DNA from: Octopus bimaculoides
Lineage: Eukaryota
Length of the DNA stretch: 64,000 nucleotides
Assembly (NCBI RefSeq): GCF_001194135.2
Contig: NC_068986.1
Coordinates: 103,591,023-103,655,022 of the forward strand
Reading direction: 5' to 3'
Shown: piece after piece, positions 50,516 to 63,913 of the stretch
How the letters are laid out: the number at the start of each line of letters is the position of its first letter
Numbering within the stretch: position 1 is the stretch's first letter
Notes under the pieces: model-generated
Told to the model about the DNA's origin: nothing
The model's input: only the letters and a program-made list of their open reading frames with translations
Database searches by the model: none
Translations under genes and position numbers: made by a program

Positions 50516-51710
50516 ATATGGCAATTACTATGTAAATATACTATACATAGCTCAGCAGCTGTAGGTCAAGGTCACTGAGCTGTAATATTTTTTTTCATAT
50601 ATATATTTCATTCTGTCTGCAAGTTCTCTTCTCTCATTCTTCATCTTTTCTCTTATTAATTTTCCACTTATTTTCTTTTTATGTGGAGTCCATATTTTCT
50701 GCTACTTGCACACCTTTCCTCTTTTGTATTTCCATTCCTAATTTCTTTGTAATTCCCCTCTTTGTTACCCTGTTTGTTACCTAAATGAAAACTGGTGCCC
50801 CCGTTTTGAACAAGATCCCACTGTTTTTCTCTCTCACTTTCTTTAAACACACACACACACACACACACTTTTATTTTAATACTTCTGTCATTCGCTTACG
50901 GTCGTGCTGGTTTTTAGTAGATTGATCTCATCCCAGATCAGTTTCTCTCTGTCTGTCTCTCTCTCTTTCTCTCCCACACACATTTTTCATTATTTCCACT
51001 ATTCTTTCTCAATGTTTTTCTTCACAATTCTAGCAAGATGGCATCTACCTGGTGACTCGATTTGCTAGAAATAGCAGCCAAATTTTCATGTTATAGCCTA
51101 CAGCTTTAAGAAAAACAAATTTTGGATAATAATAATAATAATAATAGTTCTACATAATTTATACCTGGAGGAATTTTACGAAAAAAAACCCCCACTCAAT
51201 GCAATAGCCACGACTGGACCGCTTTTGATCAGGACCTAGTTATTCTTCACCTCCACTTGTTTGTTCGTTTTCCTCGTTGTTCGTTTTCCTAAAGATGATT
51301 GCATTTTTCATGCTTGACCAAACTTGATTGGTGAAAAGTTTTTACTATAAGTCATTAAATTTGATATTTTTGATCGCTTATTTCTTTCATTCATTGGACT
51401 GCGATCATACTGGGATACCGTCTTGAAGGGTTTTAGTCGAACACATTAACTTATGTGTGTTGTATATATTCTGTCAATTATTTTGGCCGAACCGCAAGAT
51501 TACGGGTACGTAAACATACCAGCACCGGTTGGCAAACGGTGAGGAGCGGGCAACATATACACACACACACACACATTAGTATATATTATAATATATATAC
51601 ACACAATAATCAAAATATCCAGTATTACAGATTCATTCTTTAATCAATATATCCACTCTATTTACAAATATATGAGTGCCTTCTTTTCCTGACTTCTGAA
51701 CAGAGATGAC

Positions 51711-51742
<32 letters not shown>

Positions 51743-54700
51743 TGTGTGTGTGTGTGGCGAAGGTAAAGACCACACACCACCCGTTTTCGGCGGTTACGGT
51801 CAGGGTTACACCGAAAACGGGTGATGTACGTATTCTTTACCTCCATCATATATATATATATATATANNNNNNNNNNNNNNNNNNNNNNNNNNNNNNNNNN
51901 NNNNNNNNNNNNNNNNNNNNNNNNNNNNNNNNNNNNNNNNNNNNNNNNNNNNNNNNNNNNNNNNNNNNNNNNNNNNNNNNNNNNNNNNNNNNNNNNNNNN
52001 NNNNNNNNNNNNNNNNNNNNNNNNNNNNNNNNNNNNNNNNNNNNNNNNNNNNNNNNNNNNNNNNNNNNNNNNNNNNNNNNNNNNNNNNNNNNNNNNNNNN
52101 NNNNNNNNNNNNNNNNNNNNNNNNNNNNNNNNNNNNNNNNNNNNNNNNNNNNNNNNNNNNNNNNNNNNNNNNNNNNNNNNNNNNNNNNNNNNNNNNNNNN
52201 NNNNNNNNNNNNNNNNNNNNNNNNNNNNNNNNNNNNNNNNNNNNNNNNNNNNNNNNNNNNNNNNNNNNNNNNNNNNNNNNNNNNNNNNNNNNNNNNNNNN
52301 NNNNNNNNNNNNNNNNNNNNNNNNNNNNNNNNNNNNNNNNNNNNNNNNNNNNNNNNNNNNNNNNNNNNNNNNNNNNNNNNNNNNNNNNNNNNNNNNNNNN
52401 NNNNNNNNNNNNNNNNNNNNNNNNNNNNNNNNNNNNNNNNNNNNNNNNNNNNNNNNNNNNNNNNNNNNNNNNNNNNNNNNNNNNNNNNNNNNNNNNNNNN
52501 NNNNNNNNNNNNNNNNNNNNNNNNNNNNNNNNNNNNNNNNNNNNNNNNNNNNNNNNNNNNNNNNNNNNNNNNNNNNNNNNNNNNNNNNNNNNNNNNNNNN
52601 NNNNNNNNNNNNNNNNNNNNNNNNNNNNNNNNNNNNNNNNNNNNNNNNNNNNNNNNNNNNNNNNNNNNNNNNNNNNNNNNNNNNNNNNNNNNNNNNNNNN
52701 NNNNNNNNNNNNNNNNNNNNNNNNNNNNNNNNNNNNNNNNNNNNNNNNNNNNNNNNNNNNNNNNNNNNNNNNCGAAATTTTGAAATTGAGATTTTTGAAA
52801 AAATTTTTTCAGAATCGGAATCTCCATAGTCTAAAACGTGGGATTCCGTAAAAAAATAAAATAATAAGTGGGGAAAGGTTCAGATTACATATAGTCCATC
52901 TGGACCGTTTTTTTATTATGTCCGCGAGTGTTTGTGGAGAAATTGTAAGTTCGCATACGTCGGTTTAAAAAAATATTTTAGTTTTCTTTCTGTTGCATCA
53001 GGTCTAACTAAGGGCGACAAATATACTTGTGTCTATTGTAAATTTCCTTTACTTGCACCTATTGTATTCCTCTCACCCCCTATCTGTTCTGTTGTATGCT
53101 GTAAATGTAGGACACACACTCCGACTACCTTTATTCTTTTTAATAAATAAACTAGCACAGATTTCCCGGGATTGAAAAAAAAATTAAGAACGAATAAGTT
53201 AATAATAATTAAAATTCTAATATTCATAAAAAAAAGATGTAATGATTATATTGGTTACGTTTAGAATAATTATAAAAAGTAAGAATAATATGTTGTTTCC
53301 ATTCTGTCGATAATCTTTTAAATAACAGGATGTTGTCTTTATAAACTTTTCATTCATGGAGATTCTATCCCCACGTTGTACACCGTGGTTCCAAGTGTGT
53401 CGGACAAAATGCTTCACGGCAGTTATTCCGGCTTTTCACCTCTATGAGATTGATAAAATAAGTAACAGCTTGGCACTGAGGTTGATGTAATTGACTGTAC
53501 CCCTGCCCCTAAAATTGTCAGCCTTGTGCCAAAAGTTGAAACCGTTAATGAAAGCAAATTATTAGAACTCTTCTGATCCCGATTTTGACTCGCAAAACTG
53601 AAAGCGGTGCGCTAAACTCAAAGATTGCCAAGTAATTTTATTTTTTAATAGTTATGCTTATTAGGTAATTGCGTACGGTGTGACAATATTTAATACATAT
53701 TTGTGAATTAACACGTACAGCGATTATATCTATTACTCTTTTCAATGAATGTGTTTAAATCTATATTTGATTAATAAATTAAGAAGCTAGGCTAACATTC
53801 TTTAATTATGCACTCCAAAACAACAGAAACTTATAAATAAAACGAAGTTTAAAAAATGATTGTGTGACCCACGGTCTCTAGTTCCAAATTTCATCACGTT
53901 TATTTTTTTCATCGTTTTTATCTTTCCACTGATATCGGCTTATCTCAGTATCCCCACCCCGCATTCAGTCATCTATTTTTCACAACACACCTGTAAAGTT
54001 AACATCCGCCTCTTATGTAAACATATGACTATGTTTACATGCTTTTGTTGTTGTTTAGCGTTTCATTCGTGACCATCCCATCTTATCATCAGACAATAAT
54101 TTCAAGAACTACATTATCTAATGTGTCCCTCCGTTTTTTCATAAAATTGGTTAGGTGTGATTTTAGTGGAATTTGGCTGTTGTTTCTAACAGATCGCACG
54201 GTTACGTAGATACGGGTCTATTTTTGTCTATTGCTTTCTCCGACCGCATGCGTGTTTTCATTGTTTATTTATTTATTTTTTTTTAAGTCAGGCAGGAAAA
54301 GCAGAGCTCGTGACCCCTATTTTCAGGACAACTGTACTTGGTAAGAGAGAGGGGGACCTTTCTTCAAACCGGACGAGACTCGACACGAATGCTTGAAACC
54401 GAATGAACTCCGCTAAAGGCACTCAAAGTGTCGGATGGTGGTGCTAAACTGGAGCGACGAATGAAGTCGGGAGGTGTTAGCTAGGTTTTTCGACATCGTT
54501 TTAAACGAGGGTTCTCAACGTCTGCCAGCCAAGACGTCAGGCTGAAGCTTTGCTTGGTTTTCCTGTTATTTCACGTGGGGAAAAAAAACAAATGGGACTT
54601 GATGAATTGTGAAGACCCAGATAGCGATTCTTTCGAACCTCATTGCAAGCTACCGATGAAGACCCTCGTGAGCTTTATTTCGCAGCTAGACAACAAATGT

Positions 54701-55919
54701 TAATTCATTCATTTGTTATGTCTAGGACTACTATATACAATGACTTTACGTTCTTAAGAAGATAAGTGTTATTGACTGTTATTTCTAGCAGGTTAAACCA
54801 TACGTGGTGGTGAGAGAATCGGAACGGTTAAGTGTAGGCGGTGCACTATTGCCGGCGGGTACATCATGAGTTCAAATTAGTGAAGATTTTGCTAGCCGTA
54901 ACAAGACAGGGTATGTAGTTTACCCTTCCGAGAGAGTCATCTGCTCTGGACTACCTCCCTTTATGGAAAGAGATTTATTTAGGGGTTTTATTATTTTATC
55001 CGTAACCTCTTGATTGAAATCTTAGTCTCTCTGTCTCTAGGGTTAATAAAAAGTATTGAATAAATTCAAATATAGTAGTATTCTTCAAGTATTACAGAAG
55101 AATACTGCACTTAGACATGTAGAAATGCGCGGTTTGTAATTACTATGTCGCATTTGAAAGAAAATCAGGTTCCTACAAGGACTCAAACGCTGACCATTAA
55201 TTAGACTTGCAAAGATTACCACTTGACTATTATTTTGCAAATCGTAATTTTCTTCCTTCCCTATCTATCTTATCTATCTACATAGCTCTATATTTATTTA
55301 TTTATCTATTGTTAATCAGCTTTTATCCTCCCTGGCTTCGATATCAATCACGTGCGTTTGCAAACAAATTATCTCCCATTTCGTTTATTCGTCTCTCCCG
55401 CACTTTTTCTATCTTCCTCTCGGTTCCTGTTACACATAAATACAAACGCGCGCATTTATATATAGTGTGTGTGTGTACACACACACACACATGCATTTAT
55501 ATTTACACGCTCTCTTTTATTTATTTCTCAGACAACAATTAATAACATTTGCATAAGCGTTGATTTATTTTCTGATATGATAAAACACGATTTTCCGTAC
55601 GTCACGTGTGTCGTACACTGCGTTAACCTCAGACTATGTGGGTCTCACCGTAAGGGAAAGAGAGAGAGAGAGAGAGGTGATGTGGAGAAAATAAGGGATT
55701 CGGGAGGGGTATATTGAAAGTAGGCCACAAACTTGCCCTGATCGAGCCGAGCGAAAGCGTTCCAGTTGTGACTCTCCTACATATTTTTGAATAACTATAG
55801 GCGTAGGCATGACTGTGCGGTTAAGAAACTCGCTTTGCAATTATCTAGTTTCGCGATCGGTCCCACTGTGCGGCACCTTGACCAAGTGTTTTCTACAATA
55901 GCCATCTGGCCGACCAATC

Positions 55920-56500
55920 TTTTCTACTCTAGGCAAAAGGCCCGAAAATTTGAGGGAAGGGGCCAGTCGATTACATCGACTCCAGTACACAACTGGTACT
56001 TAATTTATCGACCCCAGAAAGGATGAAAGGCAAAGTCGACCTTGGCGGAATTTGAACTCAGAACGTAACGGCAGACGAAATACCGTTAAGTATTTCACCC
56101 GGTNNNNNNNNNNNNNNNNNNNNNNNNNNNNNNNNNNNNNNNNNNNNNNNNNNNNNNNNNNNNNNNNNNNNNNNNNNNNNNNNNNNNNNNNNNNNNNNNN
56201 NNNNNNNNNNNNNNNNNNNNNNNNNNNNNNNNNNNNNNNNNNNNNNNNNNNNNTGTGCTAACGTTTCTTATTTCTTTACTGCCCACAAGGGGCTACACAC
56301 AGAGGGGACAAACAAGGACAGACAAAGGGATTAAGTCGATTACATCGACCCCAGTGCGTAACTGGTACTTAATTTATAGACCCCGAAAGGATGAAAGGCA
56401 AAGTCGACCTCGGCGGAATTTGAACTCAGAACGTAACGGCAGACGAAATACCGTTAAGTATTTCACCCGGTGTGCTAACGTTTCTGCCAGCTCGCCGCCA
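55920..56500 (-). mobile_element. SINE family C multimer (gap 56104-56253 inside), nested in a family A copy
   Basis: Same junction near 56268. Family A resumes at TCTGGCCGACCAAT on both sides. Confidence 0.8.
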
Positions 56501-56917
56501 TCTGGCCGACCAATGCTCTGTGAGTGAATTTGGCTAACAGAAACTGTGTAGAAGCCCGCTGTATATAATTATGTGTGTGTATTTCTACTTCTCACTTGTC
56601 TTGTTTGCGTCTTCGTGACTTTGAACGGTCTGGAAAAAAAAAACGTCAAACTAAATATCAAACTTTAAAAATGAATAAAAAGGTCGATCTGTTTGACGAG
56701 ACCCATCAATGCGTTGCCCCAGCAAGGCCACATTGAAATGACTGAAGGAAGTAAAATATGAAAGAGAAACTAAGATTATATTGTCCAACGCTGTTGTTTT
56801 TTTAAGAAACGGTAAGGTGAGAAATGAAAAAAATGACTCAGCTACTATTGTAAGAATGTCCGCCATGTTGGTGGTGGTAATAGTCGTAGAGATTGTTAAC
56901 AGATACGTTCGGATAAT

Positions 56918-57360
56918 GCTTTTTACGTGCCACCGGCATGGGAGTCAGTCAGGGAGTACAGGTAACGCCCACGTGCGGTTGGTGCTTTTTACGTGCCACC
57001 GGCATGGGAGTCAGTCAGGGAGTAGTGGCAACGGCCACGTGCGGTTGGTGCTTTTTAAGTGCCACCGGCATGGGAGTCAGTCAGGGAGTACTGGCAACGG
57101 CCACGTGCGGTTGGTGCTTTTTACGTGCCACCGGCATGGGAGTCAGTCAGGGAGTAGTGGCAACGGCCACGTGCGGTTGGTGCTTTTTAAGTGCCACCGG
57201 CATGGGAGTCAGTCAGGGAGTAGTGGCAACGGCCACGTGCGGTTGGTGCTTTTTAAGTGCCACCGGCATGAGAGTCAGTCAGGGAGTACTGGCAACGGCC
57301 ACGTGCGGTTGGTGCTTTTTAAGTGCCACCGGCACGGGAGCCAGTCAGGCAGCCCTGGCA
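56918..57360. repeat. 66-bp tandem array (6 full + 1 partial units) derived from the family D internal module
   Basis: Unit starts at 56918, 56984, 57050, 57116, 57182, 57248 and 57314. Unit GCTTTTTAMGTGCCACCGGCATGGGAGTCAGTCAGGGAGTASTGGCAACGGCCACGTGCGGTTGGT. Confidence 0.95.
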
Positions 57361-57500
57361 AGAAAAAAATCTTCCACTGTCAAACAGTAAGTTATACAGA
57401 AGATTACTTTAGAGGATGCCATCCATAGGTTCTTGAGTCGTGAGTGTAGCAGCTTAGAACTGTTATTCAAATATCGTAACGACCAGAGCCGGATTATTTG

Positions 57501-57611
57501 CATTATTTACATTATTTGAATGTAACCCCCCAGCCTTCATCAATGATGAAAGCTGGAGGGTATATCAGCCGAAACGTTGTGTTAACAACAAACAAGATGA
57601 GGACAAATATC
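57501..57611 (+). mobile_element. Family E fragment with foldback inside the hammerhead core
   Basis: CCAGCCTTCATCA-A-TGATGAAAGCTGG at 57530-57556, followed by the rest of the motif and tail. A reverse-complement tail piece CATTATTTACATT lies at 57501. Confidence 0.7.
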
Positions 57612-58427
57612 CTAGTAAGTAGCAGTTTGTATATGACGGTTTCAAGAATTTATATATTTCTGTTATTTTGTCTCCTTTTTCTTAGTTTTATTAATGAGTT
57701 TCATTCATGTTCGAATTTCTGGTTTGTTGTTTGTTAGCAATGACGTAGCTTGGGTGATGCCAGAGGCGGTTACCTTGAACGCAAATTTGCTAGGCGTGCA
57801 CAATCTCAAAAGAAAAAAAAATGAAGTAGTTATGAAATTTTTGACCTTGGAAGCCTTTTCCTGGGGTTTCCTTTTAGTCCTCGAGCAAAATTTCCTAAGT
57901 CTTCAATGNNNNNNNNNNNNNNNNNNNNNNNNNNNNNNNNNNNNNNNNNNNNNNNNNNNNNNNNNNNNNNNNNNNNNNNNNNNNNNNNNNNNNNNNNNNN
58001 NNNNNNNNNNNNNNNNNNNNNNNNNNNNNNNNNNNNNNNNNNNNNNNNNNNNNNNNNNNNNNNNNNNNNNNNNNNNNNNNNNNNNNNNNNNNNNNNNNNN
58101 NNNNNNNNNNNNNNNNNNNNNNNNNNNNNNNNNNNNNNNNNNNNNNNNNNNNNNNNNNNNNNNNNNNNNNNNNNNNNNNNNNNNNNNNNNNNNNNNNNNN
58201 NNNNNNNNNNNNNNNNNNNNNNNNNNNNNNNNNNNNNNNNNNNNNNNNNNNNNNNNNNNNNNNNNNNNNNNNNNNNNNNNNNNNNNNNNNNNNNNNNNNN
58301 NNNNNNNNNNNNNNNNNNNNNNNNNNNNNNNNNNNNNNNNNNNNNNNNNNNNNNNNNNNNNNNNNNNNNNNNNNNNNNNNNNNNNNNNNNNNNNNNNNNN
58401 NNNNNNNNNNNNNNNNNNNNNNNNNNN

Positions 58428-58458
<31 letters not shown>

Positions 58459-58830
58459 TGTGTGTGTGTGTGTGTATGTATGTATGCGTGTGTCTAGTCT
58501 TTCAAGTATATTGAATCACATAAGTTGACGTATTTCGTATTCAAAGTTTTTGAAAACCTTCGCAAATCGAGCCGAACTGTATCTACGTTTGAACTGATGA
58601 ATGTAGAGGCTAGGTATGCGCAGACTCCACTTCTTTTTTCTTTTTACTTGGTTTAAATCAAGAGTATAGATTGGGTAGCAGGGATGAACTGTAGCTGGTG
58701 GGGTTTGAAATATCTGTCTTGAAGAGGACCGAGTCGTGGGATTTGTATGTTCGCACGAAGTGATGTTTAGGGTCTAGACCTGAACGACGTTCAGGGATGT
58801 TAGAGAAGAGACACCCACAAAGAAACCTTC

Positions 58831-58906
58831 ATGGTAGATTTGGCTGCTATTTCCAACAGGTCGAACAACTGTTCGACCTGTTGGAAATAGCAGCCAAATC
58901 TACCAT
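58831..58906. repeat. Perfect palindrome with 37-bp arms and a 2-nt spacer
   Basis: ATGGTAGATTTGGCTGCTATTTCCAACAGGTCGAACA-AC-TGTTCGACCTGTTGGAAATAGCAGCCAAATCTACCAT. Confidence 0.95.
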
Positions 58907-59107
58907 CTTTATAAGTGAATTGATGGTTGAATAAAAAATCAGGATTTACTTAGTTGGAACGCCTTTCATCATAACTTTGACATTTGAAAGATAATCTAGG
59001 ATTAAATAAGAATCGGTAGAAATTTTATTTTGCAATTGTTTTTTTTTTTATTTCAATAAATCATTTTTTATTTTGTTGTATCTCGGGAAAGTCATTGTGT
59101 CAATAAT

Positions 59108-59399
59108 AAATACACGCACTGGTTCTGTTTCACTTCTTTATTATTTATTTATCAATTGGTTGGCTATTTAACCAGTTAACTAATCGATTGTTTGATTAAT
59201 CAATCAATCAGACTTGAAATAGACCGAACCTGTTAGTGATGAAATCGCGAGTGGTGACGAAAAACTTTGACTAACCAAATTAATTGACTGATTAATTAAC
59301 TAAACAATTAATCAAACAATGAATTTGTTGATTGGTTAAGCAGTTAATGAATTCGCAAGTAAACAATAAAGAAGTGAAATAGAATTAGTGCGTGTGTTT
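59108..59399. mobile_element. AT-rich MITE-like foldback
   Basis: Imperfect terminal IR ACACGCACTGGTTCTGTTTCACTTCTTTATT / AATAAAGAAGTGAAATAGAATTAGTGCGTGT, with internal TTAATC-type repeats. Confidence 0.55.
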
Positions 59400-60517
59400 T
59401 TCATTGGCATAACGACCCTCCCGAAGCACAACGAAATACGTTTTAGTACATGAGTTCTCATCAAAAATCTTGCTAACCAAATACAAAAACGAAATGTTAT
59501 TTTTCATTTTATTTTTTTAATATATTTTTGGCACTTCGTGGCTGTACTAATTTTCAAATTTAACCAACCAGCCATTTCTTGCGGATTTGTACTTTGGATT
59601 GAGTTTCATTCCTCTCAGAACCGCTATAATTACTGTGACTATTCTTTTGTTCATGTTCTTCATATTTCTATTTCCAGACCTTTTCTGTTTAGAATGTATT
59701 TCAAACAGCTAAACGGAGATGTTATTTTCTGTTTGGCTGACTGAAGTACTAATTATAATATAACGAGTTTGGTTACCTCATCTCTTGTGTATGTCATCGA
59801 TTTGCTGCTATCTCTATATGTTAACTACATTGTATCGACCGAGAATTCACATCATTTATAGTTTCCATTTCCCTGGGGTAGGCAATTACCATTTTAAAGG
59901 TGCCAGGGTATTCATTTCTTTACAATTTTCCTAAGTAGATGGATACTTATCATGTTTAGTCTTCTGTTCAGTAAAAATGCACCAGGTCAACAAAAATTCC
60001 TTGTGATCGCTATTTTAGTCCAAGTAATCCGAAATCTAAGTCTATCACCAGTCAAATTTGTAAATCCATGGTTCTTTTACCCAGTAAAGATGGTATGCTT
60101 CTACAGAGTGATATATGAAATAGACAGAAATAATGGATTATATACATTTATTTATTTATTATAGGCTTACAGGTGTTTCAGGTATGCGTTTGATCGACTG
60201 AATATATCAGGAACTACTAGCCCAAAGCGGTCTTCTTCAGAGCCAAAGCACAGTGCACGCGCGCGTGAGTTTGTGTGTGTGTGTGTGTGTGTATGTATGT
60301 GTGCGTGAGTGATTGCGTTTGACCATATCCTATCCGCTTAACAGCCGGTGTTTGTTCCTTTATGTCTACATGACTTTTTTTGTAGTTCAGCAAAGAAAAA
60401 AAACAGATAAAATTAAGTGCCAGTCTTTAAAACTAAATACTAAGGTGGGAGAATTCCCTTCAAGGTGGTGCACCCTGGCGGCCATAGTCTAATGACTAAA
60501 ATAAGTGAAATATACAT

Positions 60518-60697
60518 GTGTGTGTGTGTGTGATGTTTGTGTATGTGTGTGTGATGTATGTGTGTGTGGGATGTATGTGTGTGTGCGTGATGTGTGTGTG
60601 TGTGTGATGTATGTGTGTGCGTGTGTAAGTGATGTGTGTGTGTGTGTGTGATGTGTGTGCGTGTGTAAGTGATGTGTGTGTGTGTGTGTGTGTGTAA
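60518..60697. repeat. (GT)n-GAT compound minisatellite
   Basis: Direct reading. Other microsatellites include (GT)n at 8944-8991, (AT)n flanking most gaps, (TAC)n at 11884-11910, (CT)n at about 61853-61923 and (TAA)n at 46045-46115. Confidence 0.9.
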
Positions 60698-61849
60698 TGC
60701 ATATTATGGAGATATAGTACGGCCGAGTGTTTAAGTTCACTTCACAACTACGCGGGGCCGAATCGATTCCACCGTGTGACATATAACTTGAACAAATGTA
60801 ATTTTCTATACCTCGGATCAATGGCATATCTTGCAAGAGAAATTTGGTTGTTGGAAACTGTATAGAACTGTCGACTGTGCCTTTCGTCTTTTCGTAATCG
60901 ATAAAATAAGAACCAGTTGAGCACTGGAATCAGATTAATAGATTAACCCCAATCCCCTCAAACTTGCTGGTCTTATGCTAATAATGGAAATAATTATTTG
61001 ATCAACTAGTTTATACCTTCATCGACTTCAGAAGAATGAAAGATAAAATTATCTGGGTGAGATTTGAAAATTAAAACCGAGAAAGATGTAGCTAAAAGAC
61101 TACAATATATTTTGTCCAACACCTCTACCTTTTCCTCCACAGATTGCGCATTGGTGTCACGTTTCATGAATGTTTGTATGTGGGTGTAATGCTAATTTTG
61201 AGGGAAGTGCTCATCCAACTGTAAACTAGTTTCATAAACTGCTTGCTGTTGAACCACACTACTTCCTTAATTCTGTTTAAGGTTATAAAGACAGTATGTG
61301 CGTCAGGTCAGATTTTCATAATAGTTTTTTTTTTTTTTCTGGTTTGCATGTCTAAATGTTGGATCTGTTGCAACTTTCAATTTATTATGTTGAAGCTGTA
61401 CCTTACAACCGGAATTGCTTTTGAAAAACCTTTCTCTTTAGTATGATATATCTGCCATATTCCTTTAGACTTAACTCTTTCATTTCTGTACGTTGTAGTT
61501 CTTCGCCTTCGTTCATTCTTAGATTTTTATACACACATCTTTTTTTCCTAATTCCGTTACTGAAACTTTGATGTAATTGTCAAAGTTAATTGCCTCGATT
61601 AAGGATATCCTCGACGCATATTTACGATATATCCATAACAAAGGACTTTGATACGTAATAACACATAACAATATGCATTATTAATACAAAATAACAGTAT
61701 TTATGTCTGTTTTAAGGCTACAAGTTATCTACAATACAATGTTTGCGAGATTTGCTCCGTTTCTTTGCACTCATGTCGCAGAAGCCAAATTTCCTATTTA
61801 GCCCTTCGAAGTCGATATATTAAGTGCCGCTCAAGTTATGGCGACGATT

Positions 61850-61927
<78 letters not shown>

Positions 61928-62744
61928 TAACCAATTAACTAATCGGTCATTTGATTTTTAAAAAATGAGATTTTTAGTCGGTGCCCTCATGATGGAAAAT
62001 ACGTGTTGAGAACGTGGGCCTCTCGCTTCTTGACTAGTGAACGCACAACGGACATAAACTGATCCTTTTCGGACAAAACTGGAACCGTTCCAACAGAGGC
62101 AACCCTGTCTCTCGCAAAAAGAGATTCGCTCTCACAGATAATTTTTTCACCACAAAGCTGGCCAAGAATGTATTTTTACCTACATTAGCAAAGAAGTTAT
62201 ATTCTCTCAGCCCGCAGTTTTGATGGGTTGCCTACATTATTAAGTGCAAGAATAGATGTTAAACCAATGGTAATTTACTGACCGGTCATAACCAACGAGT
62301 GCTTAAAGTATTACTGGTCAAAATAATTTTTTTTAGAGTGTGCTTTTTTTTCGGAATTAGGGACAACTGACCGATTATACACACACACACATAAGGGCCA
62401 CACCCAATAACACGTGTATATACACACTTCGCGTTTGGCTGTACAGCCTTTTTGTTTGTTTATTTCACCGTTTCGTTTTCCTGTCTTGTTTTCCGTCCGC
62501 CACTACCCTCCACGAAAACAATTTAATTTGTGTTCGTGGGAAGAACCATTTTAACGATGCGTACTGCCTTAATTCTTCGAAACGCCGGAGTTTTAATGGT
62601 GGCAGCTGATGAAGGGGATGTTTCTATGTGGCCTGCTTGTTTGTTGCACCTTGTTTACCATTTTGTCCATGTTCTTTTGCCACGTCATGTACCCAGTTAT
62701 TTATCTATATGTACATGTAAATGAANNNNNNNNNNATATATATA

Positions 62745-63140
62745 GGCGCAGACGTGGCTGTCTGGTAAGAAGTTTGCTTCACAACCACGTGGTTCCGGGT
62801 TCAGGTCCACCGCGTGGTAATTTGAGAAAGAGTCTTCTGCTATAGTCTCGGACCGACTAAAACCTTGTGATTTAGTAGATGAAAGCGGAGAGAAACCCAC
62901 AGTGCATGTGTGTGTGTGTGTGTCCCCGTTCATCACCTACCACCGATTGACAACCGACGTTGGTGTGCTTATGTCTCCATAAAAGAAACTGTTTGGCAAA
63001 AGGATCTGATGAAATGAGCACCAGGTTTAAAAGAAAACAAAAAAGCTAGCTCTGGGAATAATTCATTCAGCTAAAAGATCTTGAAGGCAGTGCCCCAGCT
63101 AGACCGCAATCTAATGACTCAAACATGTAAAAGATAAAAA
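62745..63140 (+). mobile_element. Older SINE family A copy
   Basis: Diverged but colinear with the consensus. Confidence 0.75.
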
Positions 63141-63869
63141 GATATATATAATTACATAATTATACGCATAGTATAGATAAATGGACTATAGTGGTGAGCT
63201 GGCAGAATCGTTGAGCACGCTGAGCAATATTTCGCTCGTCGTTTGGTTCTGAGTTCAAATTATGCTGAGGTCGATTTGCTTTTTAATGTCTATAAAATAA
63301 GCATCACCTGGGTCGATGTAATAGACTTATCCCCTCTCACTCGAACTTGCTGGCCTTGTGCCAAAATTTGAAACCTAGCTAAATAAGTAAGATACGCATT
63401 TAACTGTATGTGTGTGTGTGCGCGCGCGCGCGTTGTAGTTTTGGTAAATTTCAATAAAGCAAAAAAAAAAAAAAATAGCGAAAAAGAAACAAAAAGCAAT
63501 GACAACAGTGTATTCGGTTAAATCAGTATCTCTTATTTTTGGCTCGCTTACCACGTGGATAAAAATCCAGCTTGTTTGTTTTCTTTGTACAGCCTTGAAC
63601 ATGTAACATACATAATTACATACATACGCATTGTAGCTACAACAACAGTAGCAGCAGTGTTACTGGTAATAGTACTTGCTGTTGTAGGAGTAGTAGTAAT
63701 AGAAAATAACAGTAGTAATGCAATAGTAGGTCACAGCGGTGGGAGGTGGTGTTAAGTGGCTTGAAGATGTAGTGGTAGATAGTAGTGTTTGTGCTTGCTG
63801 TGGTAAGGACGGTGGTGGTTGTGGTGGCGACGCAACGGTCTTCTGTAAGAGAGACAAACATCAGACGTA

Positions 63870-63913
<44 letters not shown>

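Noticed and set aside
54300-54330. Possible 14-nt micro-exon (TTTTCAG|GACAACTGTACTTG|GTAAGA)
   Set aside because: No partner exons or recognisable protein, so compatible with chance.
56781-57428. 215-aa and 150-aa ORFs with 22-aa Cys/His/Gly repeats
   Set aside because: They are explained by the 66-bp SINE-derived tandem array, with no independent coding evidence.
62606-62617. CTGATGAAGGGG as another hammerhead
   Set aside because: There is no stem II or GAAA partner downstream.
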